Origin: Podarcis pityusensis
Lineage: Eukaryota
Assembly (NCBI GenBank): GCA_964106645.2
Contig: OZ067038.1
Length of the DNA stretch: 64,000 bases
Strand: one strand, 5' to 3'
Position 1 is the first letter of the stretch; each line of letters begins with the position of its first letter. Position numbers and translations under genes: made by a program. Of the stretch, positions 12,444-25,750 are shown piece after piece. The notes under the pieces are model-generated. The model was not told where the DNA came from. It made no database searches and saw only the letters and a list, made by a program, of their open reading frames with translations.

Positions 12444-13604
12444 AACACTTCAATCTCCCAGGACATTCTATACAAGATCTCAAAGTAACTGTTTTACTAC
12501 AAAGGAATTTCAGAAATAGACTGGAAAGAGAAGCTGCTGAATCGTGCAGAAGCGTGATTTAGCGCTTCTGCACGAGCAGCGAACCCGGAAGTAACCCATT
12601 CCGGTACTTCTGGGTTTGCTGCGGAAGTTCACTGAAGCAGATGCAAGTGGAGGTGGATGCAGAACAAGGTTTGACTGTATAATAAAGCAAACACGGATTA
12701 ATTCCATTTCTTCTGTCAAACAAAACCTAAGATAGTTGTGACACAAACATAGGTGCTGGCTCCAATGGTGGTTGTTTTTTTTTGGGGGGGGTGTTTTTTT
12801 GAGGGGGCTAGGAATTACAACTAGCAGATTTATTATTTAAAAGCTTATTTTGTCAGCTAGTTGACAAATCCCACTTTGTGACCTCATTCGCATATGACAC
12901 AGTAAGCCAGATTATGGTTTGTAGTCATTTTGTCCCTGCCTGCTCTTTTTTATTCTCTCATTGTTCTGAGCTAGGTCAAGGTATGACTTAGCATGGCCAA
13001 ACCAGTGATTGTGCTTAAGCTGTTTCCTTGCTAAACAGGAGCTGCAGCCAAGAACAAAGCCAGCCCAGTGTATTGTAACAGTATAGTTTATAAATGTGAC
13101 TTCAAAAGCCCACTTCGGTCAGTGATTCCATTGTTTTGCTATTGGCTGTAATCCTAGTATACGTACAAGGGCACAAGTAGACCTCTCTTTTTCTGCTAAA
13201 GAAACACCTGCTCCCATGCTTACCTGCCTGTGTCTTTCTTCCAAGTGCCCCACACCATCAAAAGTGAAAACTGAAATCAGCTTGGTGCCTGAATGCTGGT
13301 GGTGCCTGAATCTTTCCTTTTTATGGTTTTTTTTAAAACACTCTGAGACCAGGGCCCAACTCCAGTGGTAAAACAACATTCCCATGGATTGACCACGTTT
13401 TTAACAGAAACATTAGCTGAAAGAGTAATAGGCCAGTTGTAATAAACGGCTTCCTGTTTCGTTCCTTTGGATTGGTTATTAGTTGACATTTTAGCTGTGT
13501 CTTATTATTTGAGTTTGTGTCCCATCCAGATCTGGAGCACAAAGCCTGTTGCCCACATAGTTTTAAAAAAGTATTTATTTATTTATTGCTGCCATAGATT
13601 ACAA

Positions 13605-13739
13605 ATGGTGTGGATTTTTATCATGAACCGGATGAACCCACAGAGCAGTTCTCCCAGTCAGCGTAGGCGCATGGCTCTTGGAATTGTCATTCTTCTCCTT
13701 GTTGATGTGATATGGGTTGCTTCTTCTGAACTCACTTCG
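13605..13739 (+). CDS. SLC35F5: SLC35F5 coding exon 1 (exon starts 13598)
   Basis: [45 protein letters not shown], recognised as SLC35F5; acceptor CCATAG, donor GTAAGT. Confidence 0.93.
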
Positions 13740-16442
13740 GTAAGTGTGTCTTGGGGCTCATCCACCCCTCTTTACCTTTGCTCTGCATTTCTAGGCACAG
13801 CTCCAGGCTGTTTTACTTGTGAAAACCTGCTCTTTACTGCTGAATCAGAGCAAACAGCAATCTGTGGAAAACTCAAATTGCTGTTTGCTCCGATTCAGCG
13901 GTAAAGATCTGCTATTCCTGGGGAAAGTGGCAGGACAAAAAGATAAAACTTTCGGACACGAACCGGGAAAGCGCAGGCTTGTGGCTAGAAAGCGCGGGGC
14001 AAAAGATAAGTGTGGACAAACCCTTTTGTGATGTCAGAGTGTATTCACCTTAATGTAGTAGCCAAGCATGCTCAAGGGAGAGCAATTAACACTCACTCCA
14101 TTAACTTTGTACAGTGATCTTAGTACTTGCTTGCTAGAAGCAGGTTGACTGGTTCTGGGTGAGCAGCTTTTCATACCTGACTAGCTACATTTCTGGTCCT
14201 GCCTGAAGCCTTTCCCAGCATTTATGCTGTCACGAATTATAATTAAATTCAATTAATTAAATTCAATTAATCCAGTTCTGTTTCATAATTCCAAATCCCC
14301 TATAAGTATGACTTTTAAACAGCAAACTCTTAACAAAACACAGTCTTCCATAAATATGCTGGGGCCCCAATTTTTCGGGCAGGAATTCCTAAACTGGGAG
14401 AAGAATTGTAGCTTTCAGGGGTTCCTACAATAATATGAAGCTGAATAAAAATGTGTGAATAGGTGACAGTGTAGAGATGAAGACATTCATACATCCTTTT
14501 GATTGGATACAGAAATTACTGCCTTAGGGTAGCAGTTCCCTCTATATGCTAAATCTCTGAAGGTGGGCTTAGCAAAGTTTATGGGGACATCCTTAGGACG
14601 TCTATATCCATTAAAGTGAAAATCGATACTCCTCTAGCAGGCTAGGGCAGCATACATGGGATTATCTCATTTTTATCTTCACACCCACCTTATGATATAG
14701 TTTAGATTGAGAGAGAAGTGAGAGGCTCAGAGTCCCCCACTGAGATGTGTGTGGTAATTTAAGCCCAGAATTGTCTAAGTCAGAGAGTCAATTCCCTAAA
14801 ACCAGGGTGGGCAGCCTGTGACTCAGGGGCCATGTTTGCTTCCTGTCTTCATTTTATGTAGCCCCCTACAGGCCAATTTTTCTTTCCACCAGAGTTCCTT
14901 CCTTCATGCTTTGTTGGATCCTTATTTTCACTGGCTTTTAAAAATGGTTGGTCTCTGTGCCTATGTAGTTTCAGAACAATTGGAAGAGATGTTATTCTTT
15001 TGATGAAAATAAAACTGGTGTGTTTTCATTGCTTTGCTTCCCTCCCTGATTGTGTGGTTTGAAGAGCGCATCGGCAAGCTTCTCTCCCTTTTCTCTGCAG
15101 CCTGATGGAATGGCTGCCCATAGGTGAAAACTGATTTTAGTTTCATCAGCCGCTGACATCAGAACACATTGGTAGGGTTGTGCTGAGTCGGAAAGGGGTT
15201 ACTTTCAATTCCCACATATATAGGAGGAAACCTACATATGTAGTTAAAAGTAACCCAATCAAACCTGTGAGGTTTACATCTGAATAGACCAGTATAAATT
15301 TGTTATCTTCATCAGCTGCAGAGTGGAGGGAAAGAGGCGATTCCATCACACCTACTGAGCGACTAGCTGCCTTTTAGCTTACCTAGCTGTTCATTAGGCT
15401 ACCTGAACTGTTTCCATCTTCATTTTGGTGCCTCCCATATCCCCTTTGTGTCCTGACTTTCAAATTGTAAGCCTAAGGGTGGGAGCGTGTTTTACTGCTG
15501 ATTTTCTTAAGTTACTTTGGGAGCATTTCGAGCTGCGATGGGGTGTGTTTGTAAATATTTTAAATAATTTTTTTAGCCAGAGTAGTGGACCTCCAAGCAG
15601 CTTGTGAGTTCCTCCTGTTTTCAAAGGACTGTGGTCTTCCCTCCCTAGGTGAGGGGAACAACTACAGATGTTTTGTAGCTTTTCTGTATAAATCTGTATT
15701 TCAGATTTTAGGAGCAGGATAGTATTGCAAAGTCTGTCTCTCATTTAGCCTCTGATGCAGTCAGGTAGGTTGCAAGCTGCCATTCCTGCGCAGGACAACC
15801 CACTGCTCTTATCATGTCCCTCTGTACTTCCTCCCTTCCCAGGAGTTAATGCTCTTGACATCAGCTGCTGTGCAGAAGGTTCGACCTTAGCTTTTTAGAC
15901 TATTTCTGCTTTCTATCTAACATAGGTAGTCATTGGAATGCCATCTTCCCAGGTCTGTCCTTGAATCTAACCCACAGCAGGTAAAAGTTGTAGGAGGCCA
16001 GAAGCCTCATACCAGAACACCATACTGCCATGTGCCAGAACAGCTTGCCACCCCCAGTTGTTAGCTCTTTTAGCTGGTGGTGTAGTGGGCAATCCTGAGA
16101 TACGCACCCAGGAACACTGCATCTCTTCTCTTCCTTTTCCAGGATATGTAGCTTTTTCTTGCTTGAACTACACCTCTGCTCTTTGTATATCCGTCCACTG
16201 CAGGGGGCTAACTGGTGGACTTCCAAATGTTGTTGGACTCCACTTCAGTCATCCACATCCAGCATGGCTAATGTTAATGGTGGATGGGAACTAGTCCAGC
16301 AACATCTGGAGGACCATACGGTAGCCCTTCCATGGTCTGTGGCGGTCAAGAAATTGGAAGTAGTACCCAAAAGTTGATCAGTAAGACTATGCTGGTCATA
16401 TGACATGTCTATCATTTAACCTTCTTTTCCTTACCTTTGCAG

Positions 16443-16586
16443 TATGTTTTCACTGTGTACAATAAGCCATTCTTCAGTACATTTGCAAAAACATCCATGT
16501 TTGTTCTTTACCTCTTGGGATTTATTGTTTGGAAACCTTGGAGGCAGCAGTGCACACGTGGCCTTCGCGGCAAACATGCGGCTTTT
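16443..16586 (+). CDS. SLC35F5: SLC35F5 coding exon 2
   Basis: [48 protein letters not shown]; AG/GT, 144 nt. Confidence 0.96.
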
Positions 16587-18245
16587 GTAAGTGCCTATTT
16601 TCCATTTAATAATTTTGCCATCACTTTGGCTTCCGTAAATTACACAAAATCAAAGCTTATGTTGGAGAGGGAATCCTGCATAAACTAGCATAAGCTAAAC
16701 CCCCAGATGTTCAGTGAGCAAAATAATGCTTTCATTAGTCTAACATTTCAAAGTGAATCATTGCATAAACAGAAGCATTAATTGCATCAGTAATGCTTCT
16801 TAGTGGAATTGAAATGGAATAAATGATATAAAATTTAAGATGTGCCTAGAATCAGTATTTGGACATGTGGCTTATATTTTTTGCTATGTTCTGCCAGTTT
16901 TGAAATGTTTTTATTAACCTATTTAACAAGATGTCAGTAAATGTTTTTGGGGGTTTTGGAGATTTATTTCTCTTGAACTGGTCTACAAAGATTCAGCAGA
17001 GTTTTCTCTTTTGATAAAAGACAGTGGCAGTGGTGGTGGTGAATGAATTCTTTATCAGACCCATTTTTCATGCTTTCCAAATTGTATTTTAAAAGCTGGG
17101 AATTGGTTAGCTAATCCATGTTTCTCAACAAGACATAGCCAATTCATCACCCTTAGACTCTACTAGTGAGCTGGAAGCATTTCTACCTTGGCTGAAGAGT
17201 GCTTTCTTGATGAACAGAGAACAACACAGCACATGAATGTGGAAACCCACTGCAAATCCTTTGATCTTTGATGGAATAGTTGGGATCCCACACATTGACC
17301 GGGTTTGCACAACACACAGTAACCCAAACTATGGCTTATCATGACCACACAAGCATGCCAGCTTCCAGAGCAGAGATTATGCCCTCCTCCCTGTTCCCTT
17401 TTACTGCCACTCTGAGCTAATGGTTTGATATAGCATGTTGTCCAAAGCAGGACTCGTTCTTAAGCTCTCTGCTTTTGAAGATGGGGAAGGTTTTGAAGAT
17501 GGGGAAATCACCTTCCTCCTCTGGTCTGTTTTTAACATTTTGGATTGGACAGGAAAGCTGGGAGCACAGGAAAATGATAGGTGCTGTGTTGTTTTCCTAT
17601 TCCTCTCCAATTTGAGGGCTGATGGACAGAATAGTAAAGGGCACAGTGTGAAAGTTTTAGGTAAACAAGGACTTCAAAAGCCCTCTTCCTCAGTTCTGGC
17701 TTGTGGTTCCCAAATATTACTTATAAGGTCTGAGATTGCAGAGTGATCTTTTGAAAGTTTGACTACTTATAGTTAGCTCTTAAGTTGTTTGAAGAGGAAC
17801 TGTTCAAACAGGAAACTTTAATGTTTTATAAAACTAGTTATTTTGTATAGTTGCTGGACTAAAGTTAATTCAGGCTGCCAACTAATTCCTGGATAATCAA
17901 ATGAATTTTTTTTTATTTGTTTTCGACTGACCATAAGTTTGGCTGGTATTAAGCGTATTCCAGAAAAAAGGTTATCTGGGGAAATCATACAGCTGGTGGT
18001 TGGCAGTCCGTTTAATCAAGAGAACCCTATCACACTGGTTTTGTAGAACTAACGTGTTTCTCTGGCCCTTTCTTGGAATAGGCTTCATGCCAGAATAGAC
18101 TTGGCTTTGAAGCTGCAGCAGCTTGAAACTAGCCTAGCAGCAAGCCAAGGGGCAAGAATGGAGATGGATCTGTTTTTTCTTCACCAGTGGGCTAGTCTTC
18201 CTGAGTCCCATCTCACCTGAAGTTATTGATGACAGTGTCATCAGT

Positions 18246-18538
18246 GTGAGCTCCCGTTGCTCTGTCCCAGCTCCTGCCAAACCTAGCAGTTCAAAAGCAC
18301 GCCAGTGCAAGTAGATAAATAGGTACTGCTGCGGCGGGAAGGTAAACAACGTTTCCAGGAGCTCTGGCTTCCATCATGGTGTCCCGTTGCACCAGAAGTA
18401 GTTTAGTCATGCTGGCCACCTGACCCGGAAAGCTGTCTGTGGACAAACGCCGGCTTCCTCAGCCTGAAAGCAGGATGAGCGCCGCAACCCCATAGTCTCC
18501 TTTGACTGGACTTAACCGTCCAGGGGTCCTTCACCTTT
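18246..18538 (+). mobile_element. Sauria SINE (5'-truncated), just upstream of coding exon 3
   Basis: GTGAGCTCCCGTTGCTC...AGTAGATAAATAGGTAC...CCAGGGGTCCTTCACCTTT. Confidence 0.85.
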
Positions 18539-18621
18539 CTTTTTTTTAACTTCAGTGTGGAATGTGTTGTTTTTACTCTACACATTAATTGTAATGTCTC
18601 AGCTGAATTTTAAATGTTTAG

Positions 18622-18684
18622 TTTGCAGATGCTGAAGGCTATTTTGCAGCCTGTACAACTGACAATACTGTAAATAGTTCTTTG
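18622..18684 (+). CDS. SLC35F5: SLC35F5 coding exon 3
   Basis: FADAEGYFAACTTDNTVNSSL; TTTAG acceptor, GTAAGT donor, 63 nt. Confidence 0.93.
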
Positions 18685-19439
18685 GTAAGTTCTCTCTCAT
18701 TTAAGTGATTGTAATGTTCTGTGCGGCAACAGTAGCAGACAGCAGGGTGGGACAGTGGGGTTCTTACCTGACCTCTCTGTAGATCCATTTGCACAGCACC
18801 AACCTCCCCACTGTCTTGTCCCTCCCACTCTCCTTCCCAGGAAGCAGCCGTGACCTACCTCCCAGGAGGTCAGATAGGTCCTGCTGCCCCTCCCTACCAT
18901 CTACTACTGTGTGGTAATAGCTATTCATGTCTTGTCTGTTTTTAATTAGTGCTGAAAATAAACACAGAGCTCTGAATAATGCCATTTTAAATAGGAACCG
19001 GATTAGGGAAAGTAAACGTATATGGCATGTGAGCAAAAATGAATCTTATTTACTAGGGAATGTTATGCTTGGCCCATGGAATTATTAAATACATGTGGTT
19101 CAAGCACTTCAGTCACTCAGTTATAGTTAAACATTGTTTGCCTATAATGCCATCATGTAATGCAAGATAAAGATATACACACACAGCCTTATTTTTTCAA
19201 TATGAAGAATCTGCGGCAGGTATAAAAAGCAGTGAAGTGCCCAGGTGGAAGATTTCTATGGCCATGTTGCATTATCTTAATTTGTCTGCAACTGTAGCCT
19301 ATATTGTATAGGCACTCTCTCATTAAGTTGTGGCTGAATATCCAAAACAGTAGAATCTATAAGGCCATCTTCAAAACACGTAGTTAAGCACATTATCTGT
19401 CCTTCCTTGGAAACTCATTAGCGACAATCAATAAGGAGC

Positions 19440-19688
19440 AAAAAAAGGCAAAGTTGAAATACTTGCGCCGGGCAGACATCTGCAGCGTGGGGAGCCCTGC
19501 AGGAGCGCCCCGCGCGCCGGGCAGACATCGGCCAGCCCCACAAGCTCGGGGGACAGTGGGGAGGCGCAGCGCCGTCATCCCGCTGTTCCCCGACCTGGTT
19601 TTGGGGGGGAAATAAAGGGGGGGGAAATCCCCCCCAAAAATTAGGTGCGTCCTATGGGACGGAGCGTCCTATGGGACGAAAAATACGG
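19440..19688. mobile_element. One-ended Tc1/mariner-superfamily MITE fragment, CpG-rich
   Basis: Ends GGACGAAAAATACGG|TA, same terminus type as 60231-60489; left TIR not found. Confidence 0.55.
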
Positions 19689-20144
19689 TACCTAAAAAAA
19701 CAAACCACCAATTAGAGTTAAAGCCGTTAATCCATCAATCCAAGGGAATGTGGTACTCTGCTACTGGAAATATCAGAACAAGTATTTGAATTCTCCCACA
19801 TATTTCATTTAAAGAAGGAGGGATACACAATAGGATGTTTTATTTACCTTAAATGGTGAAATGCAGCTCATTTTCTTCTCATCATATGTTCCTTCTTGCT
19901 CTTTTTGGTTAACAGTTTTATCGCAAGTTAGCAACTTGTGCACATTTACCTTGCTGTTTTGTACATTGTTTTGTATTTGTATATTGTAGTATACATTAAA
20001 TCAGTTTATGTCCGCATGTACTCAGTAAACATACATAGGATTGCACTGTTAGTAAATTTTATTTTTGGGGGTTTTTTTGTTATTATTTGGGTGTGTGTGT
20101 TTTATAACTTATGATAACTTGGAACTCATTATGTTGCATTTCAG

Positions 20145-20226
20145 AGTGAACCATTATACGTTCCTGTAAAGTTTCATGACTTGCCAAGTGAAAAATGTAG
20201 CAACACTAACAGTGACACTGAAAAAA
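20145..20226 (+). CDS. SLC35F5: SLC35F5 coding exon 4
   Basis: [27 protein letters not shown]+A; 82 nt, AG/GT. Confidence 0.95.
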
Positions 20227-21775
20227 GTAAGTAAATGTTTCAAAATGTCAAAATACAGTTTTCTGTATCAACTGATAAATGTTTATGTCATGTTGAAAGT
20301 ATGAAAGCAACTTTTCCTGTGGTACCTAAAAACCTGTGTACCCACATGGCCTGAAGTACAGTATTTTCTAAATATGGTAACAGGTAAAGATGCTCAGTAG
20401 TAAAATAGAGATAATCAGTTAAGATGCTTTTTTACTTTTAATTTTTTTTTAAAATCAGAGAATTGACAATTACATCAATGTTTGGACTTTATGCAGAAGG
20501 CAAATGCTAAAATGAACAATTGACGAACACTGCATTGGAGAAGGGAGCATATCCCAAGTTTAATATTTTTTGTGTAATTTCACAAATTCAGTGAACTTTT
20601 CAAAATTCAGTGGAATTTTGAAAAAATGTAGCTCATTATAATTTTGGGAAACTGAAACTTAGCAAATGCAGCTTGCTATTTTTGCATGTTGGCACAAATT
20701 GGCTGCATGTTATGGTAAGCCATAGTTAATAGTTTTTCATAAACCCACAGAAGGCTTCCACTTCACTTCTCCCCTCTAGCTAATGGCAGAAACATACCAC
20801 AATCCCCGATTTAGCGCTATGTCTGAACTGGTGCTTGTGGTTTGTTTCACTCAAATCAAAGTTTGCTCTTGGTTAACATCTATAGCTTGTCTGAGCAAAA
20901 CAAATCCCCCACTTGGACATCACACAATGATTGGCCATTATGTGCAAGGTGGGCCTCATTCTCTTTGTTGCACAATTTGATCTTGTATTTATTACAAGGT
21001 GGCCAAACCATTGTACAGTAATGTGAACATCCTACGACATGACAGGTTCAGCCAATTGCTGCCAGAGGCATTACTGCAGCCTCAAAATACAGTAGTGTGT
21101 TCTAATATAGATTCTATATGTGCCCCCCAGTGTATTGCTATGTGGATTTAATCCTGAGATTATGTTGGTTCCTTTTACATGCATTGAACTGTATGTGATG
21201 AATGAAAGTTGAACAACACAGTTCACTTGAAGCCTGGGAAATCATCTTTGCTGTAGATCAGTTTCTCTAAGAAACAAGTACATAGGCCTAGAAATAGACT
21301 AACAGGATTTTGTAACCAATGGCTGTTCTAAGCCTTTGGTTGGTTTTACCACAAGATGGTGTAGTAGCCATACTTAAACTAGCTTAAAGACAAAGTTGTA
21401 ATATTAAATACTTAACTTTGCCCTTCTTCTGAGAACATGTTTATGGAAGGCATCTTCCATAAAAGAGAAGTAGCTGCACCCAAACTGAGGACGCCTGGCC
21501 CGTTCCTTAAATACAGTGAATATGTTTAATGGCGATAGAAACTCTTAAAGCCATAATTTTCAATTACATCTCTTCTTTTGCGCCAAATGGATAGTCCATG
21601 TTCCTGACACACACAAACCATTTTGCTCTCATAAAACTAACTGTGCAAGTAGTTAAACATGGGTTCATACTCTGAATTGCAATTTGGGAGTCTTGGCCTT
21701 ATCTTGAGGATTATTATTTTTGTTCCAATCTGCTACGTATAATAATGACCTGCACCACTCTTTTCCCCCCTAAAG

Positions 21776-21966
21776 CTCCCAAAAAGCCTCGTGTAAGGTT
21801 CAGTAATATTATGGAGATTCGACAACTCCCATCAAGCCATGCATTGGAAGCAAAGCTGTCTCGTATGTCTTATCCAACAGTTAAGGAACAGGATTCAATA
21901 TTAAAAGCTGTAGGGAAGCTTACCGCATCTCAAGTAGCCAAAATCAGCTTTTTCTTTTGCTTTGTG
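21776..21966 (+). CDS. SLC35F5: SLC35F5 coding exon 5
   Basis: (T)[63 protein letters not shown]; 191 nt. Confidence 0.95.
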
Positions 21967-23610
21967 GTATGTCACCTATTCTTTATTAAGTATTGTTTCT
22001 AAATATATATTATTGGGAAGTTGGTTATTTTGTATTCTGTTTGCCCTATTATTTATATTTTTATTTTTGAAGGCTTGACTAAAAATAGAATGGATCATTT
22101 TGGGTGTTGAGCTAATCATTATATTTTGTTCATGCCATTTAGAGAAAGGGATTATCTTTGGGGGCTGTCTGCTCATTAATTAATTGCTTATAACTGATTG
22201 ACTTTAATTGTGGTTGTTTACAAAAGACTTCACTACAGGTGACTTATTGCAGGCGAGAGAGTTTACAATTTAATAAGCAGAAGCTATCATTCATTATTAA
22301 AAGTAAAGGCTATCTTTAATATTTTCATTCTCTGTTGCAATAATTCACCCAAATGAAAAGAGCTTCAAAAAAATGTGATTTTCACTTTCAGTTCCATTTA
22401 CCAACACTGATTAAAATTGGCCGCCACCAATCAGGCAGATTAAAGTTCCAGCTATAATACTTTATCTCTAGCCACATTTTGAAATAAAAAAAAAAAATCT
22501 ACTGCATCTTACATTCTAGATGATGGTTTTGAATTTAAAGATAAAAGAGACATTGAAGTATTTTCCATTTCACCACTAGCACAGCAGTGTTAAAAATTAT
22601 TAGCTTTATAGATTGGTGGGACAGACTCTTGTGACCTTTTGGATCTAAAGCAGTGTTGCATTTAGTTTCGAAGTGTATTAGACATTTATATGTACTTTTA
22701 GTTGATTTTAGTATTTATATATAGTATTTAGAATTAGGATGTATATTTGCAGACTTGATTTGTTGTTACTTAACTTATTTCATATGACTTTATCTGGTAA
22801 AGTTGGGAAATATGTCTAGCAGTTTCCAAAGAGGAACTTGAGAGCCATGGGACAATCATTTCTTTCATTGTTTTCAACAAATAGCATGTGATGTGATATG
22901 TATGCAATGTTTCTTTTGAACCACGGAGAAATATAGTGGCCTCAGTCCTGAGAAAGTTAGTAGCCCTTAATTTAATCATGGCTTAATTTGTCCCATGAGA
23001 CTTAAGTCCAATTGAAATGAATGAACTTGGAGCATAATTTTCTCTTTCAGGTTTGGAACTAATATGTTGGTATTTTGATAGTTCCAAGCATTTTATATGT
23101 CCATTGTGTTCAAGGTGTTTTCAAAGCAACAACTAAGTGTCTGAAAGTATGTGAACAATCATTGTTTCTTCTAGAATGTTTATCTACTTTTCTTAGCAGC
23201 TGCAAACCATTACGACAAAATTCAACATCGTATGAGCAGTTCTTCACTTGTGCAACAGAGCTTCCTCTCCTCCACCCACGCCCTCCATCTGCTCCGGAGG
23301 ATTGGGGATCCTCTGGAGTAGATTTAGGAGGATGGAGTGAAATGTGAATTCCCATTGCATGAGCGGAAGTCTGTCCTGCTTGTGCACACACCATTGGATT
23401 TCACACTTGGTATATAAATAACCCGAATTATTTTTTCATCTAACTGCCTAAGCCTTTCATTTCCTCTTAATATAAATTGAATCCCTCCTACCTCCCAAGC
23501 ATGCTCTCACTATATAGGCAAAGACCTGATTAACCTTTTGGGTTTATTTTTAATGGTTTGTGAGTTTCTTCTGACTTTTTAAAACTAACACATGTTGTTT
23601 AATCTCCTAG

Positions 23611-23692
23611 TGGTTCTTGGCAAACTTCTCTTATCAAGAAGCGCTTTCGGACACCCAAGTGGCCATCGTTAATATTCTGTCTTCAACATCTG
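23611..23692 (+). CDS. SLC35F5: SLC35F5 coding exon 6
   Basis: [27 protein letters not shown]+G; 82 nt. Confidence 0.95.
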
Positions 23693-24959
23693 GTAAGAAA
23701 TGAAACTTATAGAAAAGACTGTTGATACACTTAATTTTAGCAACTACAATTCAATAAGCTTGATCCAACTCATTGCATGTTTTAAGAAGGACATTATTCT
23801 ATATTTTTGGTTGCAAAACTATACCTGATAATTTTCTTTCTTTCTTTCTTTCTCTCCCCCCCCCCGAACTTCAAGTGTCTTTTTCTGTTAAAAAACCAAC
23901 CATGTCCCATGCTCAAATTGTATTTCTACAAGGCAAGAGCAAGTAAACAGAATTTCCTCTAACAATTTATTTCATTGGCATTCTTTAAAAGATGCTCTGA
24001 ATGTTTTCTAGAAAGTTGGGATGCACATTTTGATAACAACGAATCATTTTTAAAATGCTGAGTAGGAGGGGATTCTGGTTATGTTCTGAACAGTCCCCCA
24101 CCCGCTGGTAACTCAGTATTGGCTCAGCATGAAAAGGCAACATGAACAAAGGACTCCGATAACACATAATCTTTATTATACATGAACCTAGTAAGAGCTA
24201 AAGGATTAAATAATTATTAGAGAAACCACCTCATGTAGTCATGCAATCTGTATGCTAAATAATTAATTGTGCTAATAGGGAAAGTCTTACTAAATAAAAC
24301 TTTGAAACAAAGTGCTTTCCAACTTAAGTTGGTTTTGCGGAGTCTCCTCTGAGAATAATATTGGTTATTGCCATTGTGTTAGACCCAGGCTACTACCGCT
24401 GTGGTCTGAACCATGTCTACTCAGAAGTTAGTTCTGTTTAATTTAGTGGTGCTTACTCCTGGGTATAAGGAGCTAGGGCTGCAGTCCTAACCTCACTTAC
24501 CTGGAACTAAGCCCCATTTAATTTAGTAGGACTTACTTCTGAGTACACATGGTTAATAACATTCATTCATTCATTCATTGAATTTATATACCACCGTATA
24601 CCCGGAGGTCTCAGGGCGGTTCACAATAAAAATCACAATATATAACATCAAAAATAAAAATAATCCAGTAACATCCCCCCCCCAAAAGAGCCTCCTTTTA
24701 AAAAGGTTTTATGATTCTAGGTATAGGATGTAAGTTAGTAACAGCTAGATTCCACCGAAATTAATGAAACTTCAGTTGGTTAACTTTGCTACATTTATTT
24801 CAGTGGGGCCTAAGTGAGACTAACTTACTTTGGATCCCAATCAATTTTCTTCAACATGTTTTTCAGTGTGTTTTCATCTGGTAAAGTGGTTACAGTATTT
24901 CTTTGTATTGTGTATTCAATGTTTTCCCCCCACAAATCTTAAATTCTTTCTTTTCACAG

Positions 24960-25047
24960 GATTATTTACCTTAATCCTAGCTGCAGTGTTTCCAAGTAAC
25001 AGTGGTGATAGGTTTACCCTTTCAAAATTGTTAGCTGTCATTTTAAG
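24960..25047 (+). CDS. SLC35F5: SLC35F5 coding exon 7
   Basis: (G)[28 protein letters not shown]+AG; 88 nt. Confidence 0.95.
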
Positions 25048-25750
25048 GTAAGAATATAGACTCCTTAATCTCCAATTTTCTTCTTTCCTACAGGCTTGAA
25101 TTTTCTTACATTCTTCTAGATAGCTGGATTTAGTAGTGCAGGTTTTGTCACTATTTTTAGGTGCAGCAGATCTTGAACAGCTGTAGGGGAAATAAGTTTG
25201 CAGAATACCTGCTCAAATGTTGCTCCTGTTCTGAAAGTTGGTCTGCCAATAATTGCTTATAGCCCCATTTTGCAACATGTAACACAGGATTAGAATTGTC
25301 ACTGAGTCCTAACCTGAGCTGCTTTGTGTTACTATGGCCAGGTGAACCTTGTTAAATCAGATGACTGTGTGAAATTATCTAATATTAACTTTTCCATAGG
25401 GCATTTGGATTGTCTAGTGTACTTAGTTATGAAAATGTTCACATATTAAAATAGCTTATATTTCATCCTAAGGGCTTCTCTACACATTCAGATATATGTG
25501 TATACTTTCTATAAACAAGAAATATAAGAAAATTATATTTGTTTTTGATTATCTGAACCATTATGATGCTTTGCTTTTCAAAGCATTGTTAATCCTGGTT
25601 TATATAATTCTGAGTGACATAGCAAAGAAGGAATACAAAATATTAATATACTTATCTCATAATTATAGATAGGCAATATTTTTAAGTGATTTCCACACAA
25701 AATGTCTTACTAAACTCAGCTTGAACTATAATACTTTATTTCTCAAATAG

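Larger units (their letters stand above)
11881..12542 (-). mobile_element. 5'-truncated Penelope-like element with inverted segment
   Basis: GIY-YIG endonuclease C-terminus (SIQDLKVTVLLQRNFRNRLEREAAELQLITKLKTMERPGLNKD) on - strand at 12190-12345; inverted copy GEHFNLPGHSIQDLKV... on + strand at ~12440-12542; terminal repeat with hammerhead motif. Confidence 0.85.

Noticed and set aside
12190-12483. 97-aa ORF with SYSY repeats
   Set aside because: Chimera of a microsatellite and a truncated Penelope endonuclease
24410-24560. Recurring ~90-bp hairpin (TACTCAGAAGT...CTTACTCC...), also near 2830, 9965, 35550 and 63535
   Set aside because: Dispersed, decayed short palindromic repeat typical of old MITEs; not an RNA gene
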